Shown here piece by piece: positions 1 to 13,056 of a stretch of DNA of 64,000 nucleotides; within the stretch, counting starts at the first letter, position 1; each line of letters begins with the position of its first letter. The stretch covers positions 62,001-126,000 of the forward strand of contig JAWMAR010000134.1 of assembly GCA_036785375.1 (NCBI GenBank). Direction: 5' to 3'. The DNA comes from Leucoraja ocellata (lineage: Eukaryota). A program made the position numbers and the translations under genes. The notes below the pieces were generated by a model. It was not told the origin of the DNA. It worked only from the letters and a program-made list of their open reading frames with translations, and did not search any database.

Positions 1-315
1 CTGAGAAAGATGGGGCACCAGCACGAATAAAATCATAAAAGTGTTATTGGAACCAGTTGCTATGAAATCATCAAAAAACAAATCCAGAGTACTGAAGTGG
101 ATTCAGAGAATAGCAACTCTACGGTGTGGAATTTTAAATGATTAAAGTTGTTACAATACAGACATGAGGAGCTGAGGGAAATTTCAATGGGATTGAAGAA
201 CGGGACCAAATTTTCAAAACAATGAGGAAATTTATTCAGATTCAGAGAGGTTATGTAAATCTACAGGAGGTGATAAGATCAGAAAGCCACAAGATAAAGT
301 TGTGGTTAGCAACCC

Positions 316-628
316 GCACAATCCCTCCTCACCTCCCCCACTGCCCTCCTTTCCCTCTATTCCCCCAATCCCTACCTCCTTCGTTCTTCTCCCTCTATTC
401 CCCCTCCTCCCCACTCTCCCTCCTCACCTCCCCAGGATCTCGAGGGTACCGCTCCTTTCCCTCCTTGCGTGCCTCTCCCTCCCTCCTTTCCCTTACCCAC
501 AGCCACTCCCTCCCTCCCTCCATAACTCCTCTATCTACCCAAACATAACTAAAACTCTGACCTTGTGCTCTTCCGGTTTGCGTGGTTTTTCTATTTGCGC
601 AAAAACGGTACACGATAGTGCTACGATT
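316..628. mobile_element. Fragment of C-rich non-autonomous Helitron-like repeat
   Basis: C-rich modules (cctcccccactgccctcct..., cactccctccctcc) match 17590-18120; followed by TCTATCTA...ATAACTAAAACTCT, resembling a Helitron 5' end. Confidence 0.4.
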
Positions 629-805
629 ATTGAGAAACCCAATTCTGGTGCACATGTCCTTCAGCAGTGAAGAGTATTTTGTTGCTTAGGGGAGTGAGAT
701 TTGCAGCACTGGGTTGGTCAGTTATCCTTTCTCCAGTTCAAATTCCCCTATATTAACTGCGGTCGCCTTCACTTGTGGGATGCAAAGATGACTAACCATT
801 GTGTT

Positions 806-993
806 TGTAGGAAGGAACTGCAGATGTTGGTTTAAACCGAAGATAGACGCAAAATGCTGGAATAACTCGGGCAGCATTTCTGGAGTGAAGGAATGGGTGA
901 CATTTAGTAGAAGGGTCTCAACCCAAAATGTCACCCATTCATTCTCTCCAGATATGCTGCCTGTCCAACTAAGTTACTCCAGCATTTTGAGTC
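806..993. mobile_element. Palindromic Penelope-derived element (inverted pLTR pair)
   Basis: Arms aaaatgctggaataactc...ggaatgggtgacattt and aaatgtcacccattc...gttactccagcatttt are reverse complements around gaagggtctcaaccc. Confidence 0.75.
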
Positions 994-999
994 CAACCA

Positions 1000-1720
1000 T
1001 GATGTTGCCTGGAATGAAAGGAAGAGAAACTGTATAGGCTGTCTTCGTTTTCCCTTCAGCCGAAGGGTGTTGGGCAGAGGTAGAGGGTGGAACAAACCAG
1101 ATATGGTATACCAAATTATGAGTGACATAAATAGGTTAGATGGTAAGAATTTTTTTCTGTAGCGGAGATGTTTAGACTAGAAGGCAAAGGTTTAAGGTGA
1201 TGAGTAAGAGGCTTAGAAGTGATCTGCATATTGGCTTGGCAATGGGAAACATGGTGAAGGTTGAGAGCTATTTTGTAATTTTGGGATTGAAGTTGTGATC
1301 CTTATTGTTTGCAATATGGAGCATTGAATACAGAAGTATGGAGATTATACTTTAATTTTATAAAACCTTGATCATGTGTTAGTTGGAGTAGTGTGTCCAG
1401 TTCTTGTCCCCATGTTGTAAGATGGATGTGGTAGTGCTAGAAAGGCGGCAGAGGAGATTCGGCAGGATGTTGTCTGGGATGGAGTCATTCAGTTATGAGG
1501 AGAGACGAGAGAAACTAGGTCTGTATTCCCTGGAGTGGACGGGGTTATGAGAGGACTTTAGTGAGGTATATAATATAATATAATGATGGGTCTCGATAGG
1601 GGAGACCTCAGGAGTTTTTTTCCTTTACCAGGGTAAATAAAATTGGAGGTCATAGATATTGGCTAAGAGGGAGAGACTTTGAGGGGATATGAGAAGGACC
1701 ATCTTTACTCTGAGATCTTT
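1000..1720 (+). mobile_element. Two degraded CR1 LINE 3' fragments
   Basis: ttggagtagtgtgtccagttcttgtcccc (LEYCVQFWSP-like), gaggagattcggcaggatgttg, gaggtatataatataat motifs; many stops. Confidence 0.6.
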
Positions 1721-2429
1721 TGCCTTCCTGGGGAGTACATAATAGATTGAACATGGTTGGGGGAAGGAGATATTTAATACCAAATATGGCTAAAATATTG
1801 CATACTGTTTGTAAAATTACACTTGTAAGCAGTAGTGAAATACTATTTTAAAAATATCAGTCAATCCTAATGGAAACATTATGACCAGAATGGCTGTCAT
1901 TCATTGTAAAATTATGATCATAGTAGGTAATTATTAGTGACAAATAATTATTAGTGACAAATAGAATATGACTAAAATATATGGGTTGGAGAATCAGTGG
2001 GAAATCACATTACATAGATCTTTCTTTTAGATCCACTTAGATCTATCTGCCAGCAGGTAAACCCGTACCTTGTTTTATGGAACACGAGCTGAGTGCAACC
2101 TTCCACTGAAGTGCACCAGCCCTGTGACTTCTGCACGTTCAACTGTTCAGTTAAAATGAACGGGGGGGGGGGGAATCAGCTCCAGAAGGTGTCTTAAGTA
2201 GCTGCTTATTTTTTTTTTTACGTTTTAATTGGTTTTGTGTAATTGCTTTATAGCCTCTTCAAAAAATAAACATTTTTTAATTGAGGCCTTTAGTGGTTTT
2301 GAAGTTTAAGAAGGTCACAACAAAATTAATACGTGATAGCCTGTGAGCTTGGTGGTGGAACCACCCTGGCAAACAAAGCCATTTCGTGATCATCTCGGGC
2401 CTGTTACACCGAGAGAGGACATGCACTGA

Positions 2430-3000
2430 ACTCAGCAGTGACCACTTGTGACCAGGATGATAGCATGATGGGTTTTCAGAGTATTGAGAAACCCAATTCT
2501 GGATACACATGTCCTTCAGCAGCGAAGAGTATTTTGTTGCTTGGGGGAACGAGATTTGCAGCACTGGGTTGGTCAGTTATCTTTTCTCCACTATCTTCAG
2601 CATCTTGAAATGGTGAGTGTTTGATATTCCAGGTGATGCCACACTGGATGTTTGTAGTATACTATTCCCAATCATGGTTGCCAATGCCTCCGTGCTTGAG
2701 GGCAATCTTTAGTGCGTCTTTGTTCTGTTTCTTGATTAACAGAAAACCGGGAGAAGGGAATCTGGCAAGGAAGATGGTTCTCGGGCATTGGGATGCAGCA
2801 GCTTTTTCATCAGAACTTGTTTCTCATGAGTAAAGTTTTGATTCTGGTGCATGCAATTTCATGGAGGAAGTGTATGTTGGTCCTCCTGTTGGATCCCCAA
2901 GATTTGATTCAATTACAGTTGGTGGAATCCCTGAGGGTCTTAATGTAACATCAGTAACTGGTCCATGTTTTGTTGTGGTGAAAGAGAGCAGTCAGCACAA
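2430..3000 (-). mobile_element. Degraded RTE (BovB-like) LINE 3' part
   Basis: Minus-strand frames give MPENHLPCQI, KDALKIALKHGGIGNHDWE and C*RTCVSRIG, matching RTE C-terminal and zinc-finger motifs; frameshifted. Confidence 0.55.
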
Positions 3001-3699
3001 GAGCTCTATAAACTCGCAATTGAGTTGGAATGGTCTCAAATTTTGTAGATACGTTTTCACAAATTGAAGAAAGCTGTAGTTGTACAATTGACAAATTGAA
3101 GAAAGCATTACTGGTACATTAATGTGAGAATTGATCACAACAAAATAAAGCCCCTGCAGTTGCTTTTCACTGCAAAATAAGACCATTACTGAAGCCCAAA
3201 CTGAAAATCATTTTGCAACTAAGTTTAATTTTAACTGGACATATCAGCAAATTTTAAGTGAGGCTGCGCTAGAAAATTACTGCAACAATTACTCTAAAAC
3301 ATAACTTGGTAAATTAATCCATATCTGTGAATCCTATCGGAAATTGGTTTGCAGAGACCTGGAGAGAAACTATCACAAAGCTGAGTGTCAAATGGAGTTG
3401 ATGGGAGAAAGTACTCAAAATGGCACAATCTTATAAGCCACTACAAAAAATGAGGGCAATTTTAGAACTTGCAGCAACTTATTAAGTGCCTCAAAGCAAG
3501 AAATTCCAGTTGCAATTTGGTAAGCGATATTTGGGGTGGGGTGAAGGGCAGCCTGGAAGCACGTTACAAGAAACTAAAATAATTGTAAAATACACAAATG
3601 AGAAGCTGTGTTTTCTGAACAAGTTGAGAAATCTCTTTAAGATTGAATCACTATTCAAATCCCAGCAAGATGCAAAACCACTGAGACAAATCTCTGTAA

Positions 3700-4367
3700 A
3701 GGGCCTGTCCCACTTGCGTGTCCTTGGCATGCAAATTAGGCGACCTCGTGGTCGCGTTGAGGCACAAGGGCATTGTATGGCCGTGCGGGGCCGGTCCCAC
3801 TGAGAAGCGTGGAGGGGTATGGAGTTGTGCGCAAGATCGTGCGGGGCGTCGCGCGCCAACAGCCTGTCGCGTAACTGATGGCCAAAGTGGGACAGCCCCA
3901 AGATCCTGGCGCGACGCAATGTCTCACCTCCAACAGCAGCAGAAGCAGGCAAACGATCGCCGAGCTTGGCCTGGGGCTCACGGCCGTTGCGGTCCGGTTC
4001 CGCCCCCACTTCTAGTCCCAGAGCGGGGCCAAGAAAATTGAAAATAGACACAAAATGCAGGAGTAACTCAGCGGGACTGGCAGCATCTCTGGAGAGAAGG
4101 AATGGGTGATGTTTCGGGTCAAGGCCCTTCTTTTCAGACTGAAGAAGAGTCTCGGCATGAAACATCACCCATTGCTTCTCTCCAGAGATGCTGCCGGTCC
4201 CGCTGAGTTACTTCAGCTTTGTGTCCATCTTCAAATGACGTCACGCACTCCAGACGGCTGTGCGTACGCATGAAATCGCGCGCGACCATTGCGTGACCAT
4301 CGCGGCTCAACGTGACCACGAGGTTGCGTAATTTGCGTTCCAAGGACACGTAAGTGGGACAGGCCCT
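3700..4367. mobile_element. PIF/Harbinger-type MITE
   Basis: ~65-bp TIRs AGGGCCTGTCCCACTT.../...AAGTGGGACAGGCCCT; TAA TSD at 3697-3699 and 4368-4370. Confidence 0.9.
4043..4232. mobile_element. Palindromic Penelope-derived element nested in the Harbinger MITE
   Basis: ~90-bp inverted arms centred on ttcagactgaag; CTGAAGA...GAAAC on the plus arm. Confidence 0.85.
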
Positions 4368-7300
4368 TAAGAAATGGAGTAACAGAACTAGCCACTTGAG
4401 AAAATCGAGTAGTACTAACAATAAATCAGGAAAATAATGGATTAAAGCACAATAATAATTACAAATAATATAGAAGATAGATTGGTTACATCAAAATTTC
4501 AGCTAATGAATTCAGAATTTGCCTCCCACTCAATATCCTATTAGAAACACTAAAGCTAAGTACACCTGCTAATTCTTGCTTAACCTCTCATAATAATGTT
4601 AATGTCTATTAAGCTCTCACAAAGTGCATTTTACACAACATCTGATTTAACTGATTGATAGTTTGAAAGACAATGAAGGGTTCTTAAAGAATGAGAATTG
4701 CTTGATTCAGAAGCAGATCATTTTGGCCTTTGAGCCTGTACTGACTCATGGGAGAGCAATCCCATCAGTCTAAGTCCCTTTTCTATTCTTAAGGGCTGTG
4801 TAACGGGTTATGGAAGTGAAGGTACATATTCTTGAAGTTGTCAGTACATACAAAATACATGGAGGTTGCAGCATCAATATTGTTGGTGTTTTATAGTAGG
4901 TAAAGCTGTCCATGAGTAAAGAAAAATTGTGGACCACATTTAAATACTGTGGGCTGTTATCCTGCATGATCTGATGGACCCATGAAAGAAAAATTACAGC
5001 AGTTTTTTCAGATCAAAATAGAAAGGAATTATGCACAACATTTTGCTTTGTCAATATGCTTCTAAGTGAGGTGAGTAATTTTGTTTCCCGCGTTGTGCCT
5101 TCATACAGTGATCTAACTGTCAGGTTGACAATAAATGTTATTGATTTAAAGAAATAATTTATTCCAGTTGGAACAGAGCAGTATTGAGTGGACAGTGATG
5201 TACTGAAGCCAAGGATAAATGGTGTGTTAGTCTTTCTTGTACATGACAATGTGTTAAAAGCATGACAAGTATGGAGAAGCAAACATGGTTTGCTCTGAAC
5301 TGAAACTAATGATCTTCCAAATGGCAGATGGTGCAGTTTTATATTTGATTGCAGTAAAAAAAAACATCTTTAATTTATGAAGCTTTGTGCTCCTGAATAG
5401 TCAACCAAATTCTCACTTTTGAAGCCAAAGCAGACAGTAATGCCTCAAGTTCTTGGATTAGGGAAATGAAATAATAAAGCTGTAACACTATTCTGCAATC
5501 TGCTGTTTTTTCCCCTGCACAACTTCTTGTATTGTATGACTTGATTGTACTCGTGTACAATATAGTTTTGATTGGATAGCACACAAACAAAACTTTTCAC
5601 TGTATCTTGGTACACTTGACAATCGTAAATCAATAGCAATATTAGGTTTCATCAATTCCTCTGATGATAGGAGCAGACGTGTCATTCTTCTTCAAATGGC
5701 ATCAGATAATTCCCATTTGAAGATATATAATTGTAGAATAAATTGTTTCAGAAAAGTATTCCCATTTGTGTTTTTGTAACTGTAGTTCCTCTTCCCAGGA
5801 TTCGATATTGGCAGTATATCTGGACCATCTCTGATGGCCCCACATCTGAGCTGTAATGTTGCATCCAAGTTTAAACACAGTTTAAATGCTCCAGCGAAGG
5901 CAGAGCAGTGCTTTATGAAGACGTTCCTGCCCTTAGAGTCGGAGTCATACAGCATTCAAACAGTCTCTTCAGCCCACCATGTGCATGCCAACCGTGGTAG
6001 CTGTTACTTAGCCAACTTCATATCTTGACCCGTGCCTGTTCTTTCTTTATCATCAACTGCACCACCCCATTGGAATCACTTGAAATCCCCTTGGTCTAGG
6101 GCTTCACATTATCCAGTAAAGAAAAGTACCATAAATCTTCAGTGTCGGGCACTAGTGTGCTTTGGATTTTTTGTTATAAATATAATCTAAAATCTTGGAA
6201 TAAGGTTTGACCACTAACCTGTAATTGTTTCTAAGGCATCCAATTTGACAATACAGTTTTAAGTTTATTTGTAAATTTGTAGTTTCCAGGGAAACTATGG
6301 GAAAGGTCTTGTATTCAGCAGAAATATATAGTGCTGTTAATACGGTTCTCTGCATGGAATTATTCATATCCGTTGGATTTTTCCAATCCCTTGGAATGTG
6401 CCAATAGATTACGCAATATCTCATACGTATGCAATGGCTTAAAGTAATCCTAGAATATAAATGGTTATCTTTTGAAACTTTTTTTAGTGCGTTTAGCTTG
6501 TTGCAACATTTCATAATTTCAGAAAACTGATTTCAGGCAAGATAAGCTGCTTTTCCAAAATTTGATCATCGTGGTCCTTAACCACTTGTGAAACATGAAA
6601 TAAGTGGCACATGGTGGTTACAATATTTCTTCTCCCAAGTAAAAACCTACAAGTGTTATCCCAGTTCCTTTTGTATTTCCTAGTGTGTAACAGCCTAAGC
6701 ACTTTGTATTTGGAGGTTTTGCTTTGAAATATGCACCTGAAATGTTTTGTTACAGTAACAGGGAACTCACATTCTCAATAATTACTGTGCAACTGACAGC
6801 ACCATCTCTATCTTATCTTTTGTTAAATGCATAAGTAGTGCATAACTGCTCAGGCTGCTTTTGCATGCTTCACTTAAGCAATCAACATGGAATCACTTTA
6901 CACACTGCTCCTCCTATAACAAATAATTGGAAATGTTATGCTTTATTTAAGGATGTGTAACTGAGCTATTAACAGTATGCTAAGCTATAGTTACTGCTGA
7001 ACAAACCCCTCTGATTTGGTTTTGTTTCTGATGTACCAAGAAACAGTGAATCTTTGCTTTGTGTGCTTTCCAGGCAAACCGTACATATGGTAGTGCAAAA
7101 GAGAAAACAAAGTACGCTGAATCTAGTGAAACAGCAAAAGAGTGCAGGGAAAATGTGCAAAGGCCGCAACAAGGAAGATTGGAAGCTCGGGAATTAATTC
7201 TTAGCATAAGAGAGGTCGGTTTAAGAGTCTGATAGCAGCAGGGAAATAGCTGTTCTTGAATCTGGTCCTCTGTGTTTCAAACACTGGCACTGATAAATCA

Positions 7301-7749
7301 ATTTTATATTTGTGGAGTCTAATCTTTCAAAATATTTAGTTCAAAATTCCTTGCTCAACAATTTGATATAACATATCACATATAAACATTACTGTCAGGA
7401 AGACTTGCCATCGATTGGAAAATATGTACATTGGTTTATGGCATTACGTGGGAGAATGTCAGGTGCAGTATTCAATACCCTGTACTACATTTCACTTTCT
7501 AATTGAGTTGTCTCAACAATGCCCAACCAGTCCCAAATCATCAGTGCAGTTAAACCAGATTATTTTATACATGGTGAAAAAGGCAACTTCTCAAAATGCT
7601 ATTTAATAACAAATGAGTATTTTAAATAATTGTGGATATCATCCACAAGGAAATACATTGTGAAGCTAAAAGTGCATGTACATATTGGCTTTAAATATTC
7701 TCTAATCTAATTTTGCGCAAATTGGATTATTGTCTATGAATCAGTACTA

Positions 7750-8985
7750 CAGGTGCACAACCTTTTATCCGAAAGCCTTGGGACCAGACACTTGTCGGAT
7801 TTCGGACATTTTTGGATTTCAGAATGGAAGATTTTTAGCGTAGATTAGGTAGGTAGCGCGGGCGGCTTGAAAAGTCTGGAGCGGCTGCCTCCTCCCCGGA
7901 GACCGGGAGAATCATTGCATAAATGTTAGTCAGTTAGTTTGGAGGGATTTTATGTGGTGGTGGTGGAGTAGGGGTGAAGGGGGAAACTTTAATTCTTAGT
8001 CCCCTACCTGGTCGGCGACTCCCAACCTCGCGGAGCTGGGGGCTCCGTCCGGCCGCGGGCGGCGCCGGTTGTAGCTCCGACCCCGGCAACTCTACCCCTG
8101 GCTGCGAGGCGCTCCAAATCCAGCGCGGCCCGCGGCCGGACATCCCAGCTCCGGGAATGTCGGGAGTCGGCGGCGTCGCAGAGCTGGGATACCAGCGGGG
8201 AGCGGGCAATGCCTTACCGGGTCGCCGTGCGGCAAGCTCCGGAGCGCTGTGGCCGCCGATTCCCAACATTCGCGGAGCGTCGCTGGATTTGGAGCCGCGG
8301 AGCTGGGGGCTCCGTCCGGCCGCGGGCGGCGCCGGTTGGAGCTCCGACCCCGGCAACTCTACCCCTGGCTGCGCGGCTCCAAATCCAGCGACGCTCCGCG
8401 GTGTTGTGTGTCGGCGGCCACAGTGCTCCGGAGCTTGCCGCACGGTGACCCGGTAAGGCATTGCCCGCTCCCCGCTGGTATCCCAGCGCTGCGACGCCGC
8501 CGACTCCCGACATTCGCGGAGCTGGGGCGTCCGGTCGCGGGCCGCGCTGGATTTGGAGCGCCTCGCAGCCAGGGGTAGAGTTGCCGGGTCGGAGCTACAA
8601 CCGGCGCCGCCCGCAGCCCCACCGGCCACAGCGCTGCGGAGCTTACTGCACGGCAACCCGGCAAGGCATTGACCGCTCCCCGCCTCTCCGACCAGGTAGG
8701 GGACTAAGAATTAAAGTTTACCCCTTCACCCCCCCCCCTTCACATAAAAGCCCTCCAAACTAACTGACTAACATTTAAGCAATGATTTACAGATGTTTAA
8801 GCGTCTCCCGGTCTCCAGGGAGGAGGCAGCCGCTACAGTAGTACAAACCTGGGTTGACCGTGGGTCGTTTTGGGTCAAGTTTGGCGCCAAACGCGATCTT
8901 TGGTGCGCAGACGACATCTGGAAAAAATGGCCGGTTTTCGGAGCTTTTCGGTTTCTGGAACTCCGGATAAAAGGTTGTGCACCTG
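7750..8985. mobile_element. Tc1/mariner-pogo (Tigger-like) MITE with GC-rich fold-back interior
   Basis: TIR CAGGTGCACAACCTTTTATCCG / CGGATAAAAGGTTGTGCACCTG; TA TSD at 7748-7749 and 8986-8987. Confidence 0.92.
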
Positions 8986-9159
8986 TATGTCAATATTAAA
9001 ATGGCTGGCCATTATATGCAACATCTGATATTTACTCGTATTGCAACCATTGGCTGATCTGATACAGTTTTTGCAATGGTAATCACAAAGTTTTGATGGA
9101 CCATTCTCTAGTGTTCTATTCTTAATCTAAATTGTATCGAACATTATCAAGTAGAGACG

Positions 9160-9312
9160 AAGAACTGCAAATGCTGATTTACCAAGAAATGACACACAAA
9201 ATGCTGGAGTAACTAAGCAGGTCAGGTAGCATCCCTGTTCAGGTTTGGGACCCCTCTTCAGATTTCTCCAGGGATGCTGCCTGGCCCATTGAATTACTCC
9301 ATTTTGTGTGCA
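9160..9312. mobile_element. Palindromic Penelope-derived element, internally deleted
   Basis: gaactgcaaatgctg...cacaaaatgctggagtaact...gatgctgcctggccc...ttactccattttgtg. Confidence 0.65.
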
Positions 9313-11489
9313 CATTATCTAGTGCTCAATTCTTGATCTAAATTTCATCATAAAAAAACCCACGAATGAAAGAAATTATGCAAGCCATATTTGAAGATTG
9401 CTTTAAAAAATTAGAAAACTCCATGACCAGTGTTCACACGAAAAATTTTGAAGCTTAATATAGTGTGATTTATAATCTATCATGCGAGCATTATAATCCC
9501 ATCAGACATGTAGGCTCTGTGAATTTTGCTGTTTGATTCATCCTGCACAACTGACTGCTCCCTGCTGATTAGTCATCAGCATCTGATTTATCAAACTTCA
9601 AATTCAATGCCACATAATAGATTTTTTGGGAATGAAATGCGATAACATCCTTTTCTTGGGTAGATGTAAAATGTGACTGGGCATCTACGACTGAAATAGT
9701 TGCTAATGCAAGTCACATGTTAGATGCACAGACGGCACTTAAAATAGTATGTCCTCATCCAGAAGAAGCTGGATCACAATATTGTTTCAGTTATTTGGAT
9801 GGTGTTAATCATATTCCTCCTTTCAATCTGTGATCTGTGTTCAGCCTATGTGTCCAGGTGAGAGAAAAGTAGACGGGACTAACAGAGAAGCACAAACTAG
9901 AACTTGTAAAAAGTGTTTATCTATTAAAACTGATTAAACTCTTTCAGCTATATTACAATACATCAGATTGCAAATAATTCTTTAAATTATCACCAGAAAC
10001 GGAAACTTATTATATGATATAGGTTTGCACAGAATGAATAACTGCAAAATAATCCATCAAATTTCAGTGCAATGATACTGACTTCATACCCCAATGATTG
10101 TACACAGTTTTTAACTCTTATTTCTAACAGTAATGTCAACTCCCATGTAGTCAATCTGGTTCTAAATACAGTTCCCCCCAGAGATCAATTGAAAGTGTTT
10201 GATGTCATCTGTACTGGTTGATATGTCTTCAATTTCTTTGTAAATTCCCGAAGTTCAAAATCCCGTTGACATTCAGTGTACTCTTGCAATTTTGGTCTTA
10301 CTACGTATGTGTTTATCACAGAAAAGTTATTTTGATGATAGGAGCACTGAGCTCATCAGTGTCTTGAAACGTTTAAATTCTTACTTCACTGTAAATACTT
10401 TGGAGATAGCACTTAATGTAAATGATGGTCTTGGATCAACCTTTTGGGGGGGGGGGAAACATTTTTTCTAGATCCTACAAGTTATTTTCCCAGTGTCAGT
10501 AGTGAAAAAGTCAAAATTTATTACTTTTATTACTTATTATTATTTTATTATTTATTACTTAAACAAACATTTGCTTAATGTGAAGATCTTTACCACTTGA
10601 AAAACATTCACCCAAAACAATTCTGTTTAAAAAGGAAGGAACAACAAAACATTCCTCTAGCTACTGTTTGGCTGATTTAAGAAGATTATGATTTAATAAT
10701 CCCCAACTATCTGCTCCTCCAAAGATCTTGACTGTGTTGCTTATCTCGTCAGTTTGTGTGGAGCCTTACATTAGTAACACGCAGAAACAGTGCTGAAACC
10801 AGGCCTGGGAATTTTGCCAGTTGAACCCGTGCCAGGGTAACTTGGGTAGAAATCCCGTGGGCCCTTAATTATAAAAACAAAAACATTGACAGAAAGGATA
10901 TTATCCAATTTCCTTAAATTAAATTGATATTTCCTAGTTGCTTTTAAACATTATATTGTAACAGATTATTTTAATAACATTTTAAAGTTTTAATAGCATT
11001 TATGTTTGAATGTCAGATACATTAACAGAAGATAAACCTGGGGTAAGGCTTAACTACTTGTATTTCTGGGAGGATGCAGACATTTTCAATTTCATGTGTT
11101 GCATTGTGCCTTTTCCGGCTTTGATGTTAGCTGATTCATGTCAGTATGCCTTTCTGATTAGAGAGAATAGGAAGTTCACTTTAAAACTATGACCATATCA
11201 AAATGTTGTACTGGCCTGTTTACAAGAAACAATACAAGGCAGTTGTAGAGAAATTGGACGGTCATCCGATAATCTGATCTTTTGAGAAATAAACAAATAG
11301 CTGCAGGAGGCAGAAAATGCTGGTGAAATATAACTTGAAGTTGGTAATTTTTTTTTAATGTTACTGCTTTAGTTATCTACCATCTTTACAGAGTGAAATG
11401 ATTTTTTTTCTTATTGAGGTAGTTTTATGACCTTGAGGACAAAGGTGCTGTTCTGATTTTTTATTAGATTAACTTATTAAGTATAAATG

Positions 11490-11900
11490 GAGACCTGAGC
11501 AACATGTTTCTATCATTCCTGACTCTAGGAGTGTTGCCAGAGGATTAGATGGCAGCCATGAGGAAAGCTTGGATAAGCTCAGATTGTTTTCTGTGGAACA
11601 AAGGGGGCTAATTAAAGTACACAAAGTTACAAGAAGTTTAGACTAAGTAGAATTGACCTGTTTCCTTGGTCAATTCTACTTAGAGTGGTCAATAGCCAGG
11701 AAGCATAGATTTAAAGGATTAAATGGGAAATGATGAAATTTGTTTACTCTGAGGAAGTAGTCGAGATCTTACTGCCTGAAATGATAATAGAGACAAAGAT
11801 ACCCGCCGTAATTAAAGTGTGTACTTGAAGAGTTGTGACTTATGGACCTAGTGCTGCAAGGTGGGCTAAAGTTGGTTAACTCCTCCAAGATCATAGATAA
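11490..11900 (+). mobile_element. Old CR1 3' fragment
   Basis: atgaggaaagcttggataagctcagattgttttc and aaagtacacaaagttac motifs. Confidence 0.45.
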
Positions 11901-13056
11901 GGAGGCCAAATAGCATTCTTCGTTATCACAATTATTTTAAGATTCTGATTCCTCTTTAGGGCAAACACGTAATGGTTGTTTAGCCTGTATTTTGACATCT
12001 TCAGGGAAGGAATATTTGTCACTGCTGGCTTCATTGAATTCTAGCCACTAAGATTTAAGATCTATTCAGATGGTGAACCACCTCTATTCCATACCTAGAG
12101 TGACTAGAGAATATGTCTCACAGTTTAAAGCAAGGGGTATCAAACCTTCAAGGGAAAACTGAAATATCATAAATATGAAGAAAGTGCTATCCCCAGGCGC
12201 TACAACATGAGCCACACCAACAGCCATATCACCGGACCGTGTGGTGGGTGAAGACGGGCTTGCTGATACACCTTGCAAGTTGTGAGTGGGGTCGGAAGCC
12301 AGGGCTCTAAATGACCGGGGAGACGGTGGGAGCCAGTGTTGGGTTTGCCAGGTCATCCATTCTCATTCAGTTTACATTTTATTTAAGTTTCGGGCACTTA
12401 GGAGGGGTGTCATTAGCAGGCCATTGTCATTTCATTATCACGAAACAAGGGTGTTGGAAAATCGTTCATCCTGTATAACCTTCAGTCCGTCACGAGCATC
12501 ACTCACTTCCACCAATGCAATTTTGGAGTTCTAATTTTACTGTAATTTCCATTGCCCCAGAAATCTCCAGTGTTCCTTTTGTCTTGGTTGCACCAGCATT
12601 CACTGTCTTGATCATCCAGGGTCCACCATACTTCGGATACAACTCAACTGGAACTGTATCTTCTGCATTTTAAACGTTCATGCTTTATTCGGTTATTGCT
12701 GTGGAGTCACATCATTCACTTCTACTGATTTCCTTTCCATTAGTATATTGATTTACTTTGGACTTTTTTTTAGTATATTTTAAAGTATGTGTTTGATGTT
12801 TCTCGGTGTGTTTTGTGTGGGGGGTGGGGTAAGGGGGAAACCGACCACCAATAGCCTTGAAGAAATTTACCTGCAAAGATCTAGAAGTTATTCAGATTTG
12901 CATTTGCCATCCCTAATGGTTGCTAAGAGGCATAATTTCAAAGAGAGCTTAATCATCCAGCAAGCATAAATCACCAAACTAGCTGTGCTGTAAATCACAC
13001 CAGGAGAAATCTTGGAGAGGGCAGCACAGTGGCACAGCAGTAGAGTTGCTGCCTTA

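Noticed and set aside
7934-8763. Many overlapping 80-240 aa ORFs on both strands
   Set aside because: They arise from stop-poor GC-rich inverted repeats in a MITE; peptides are repetitive with no domain motifs.
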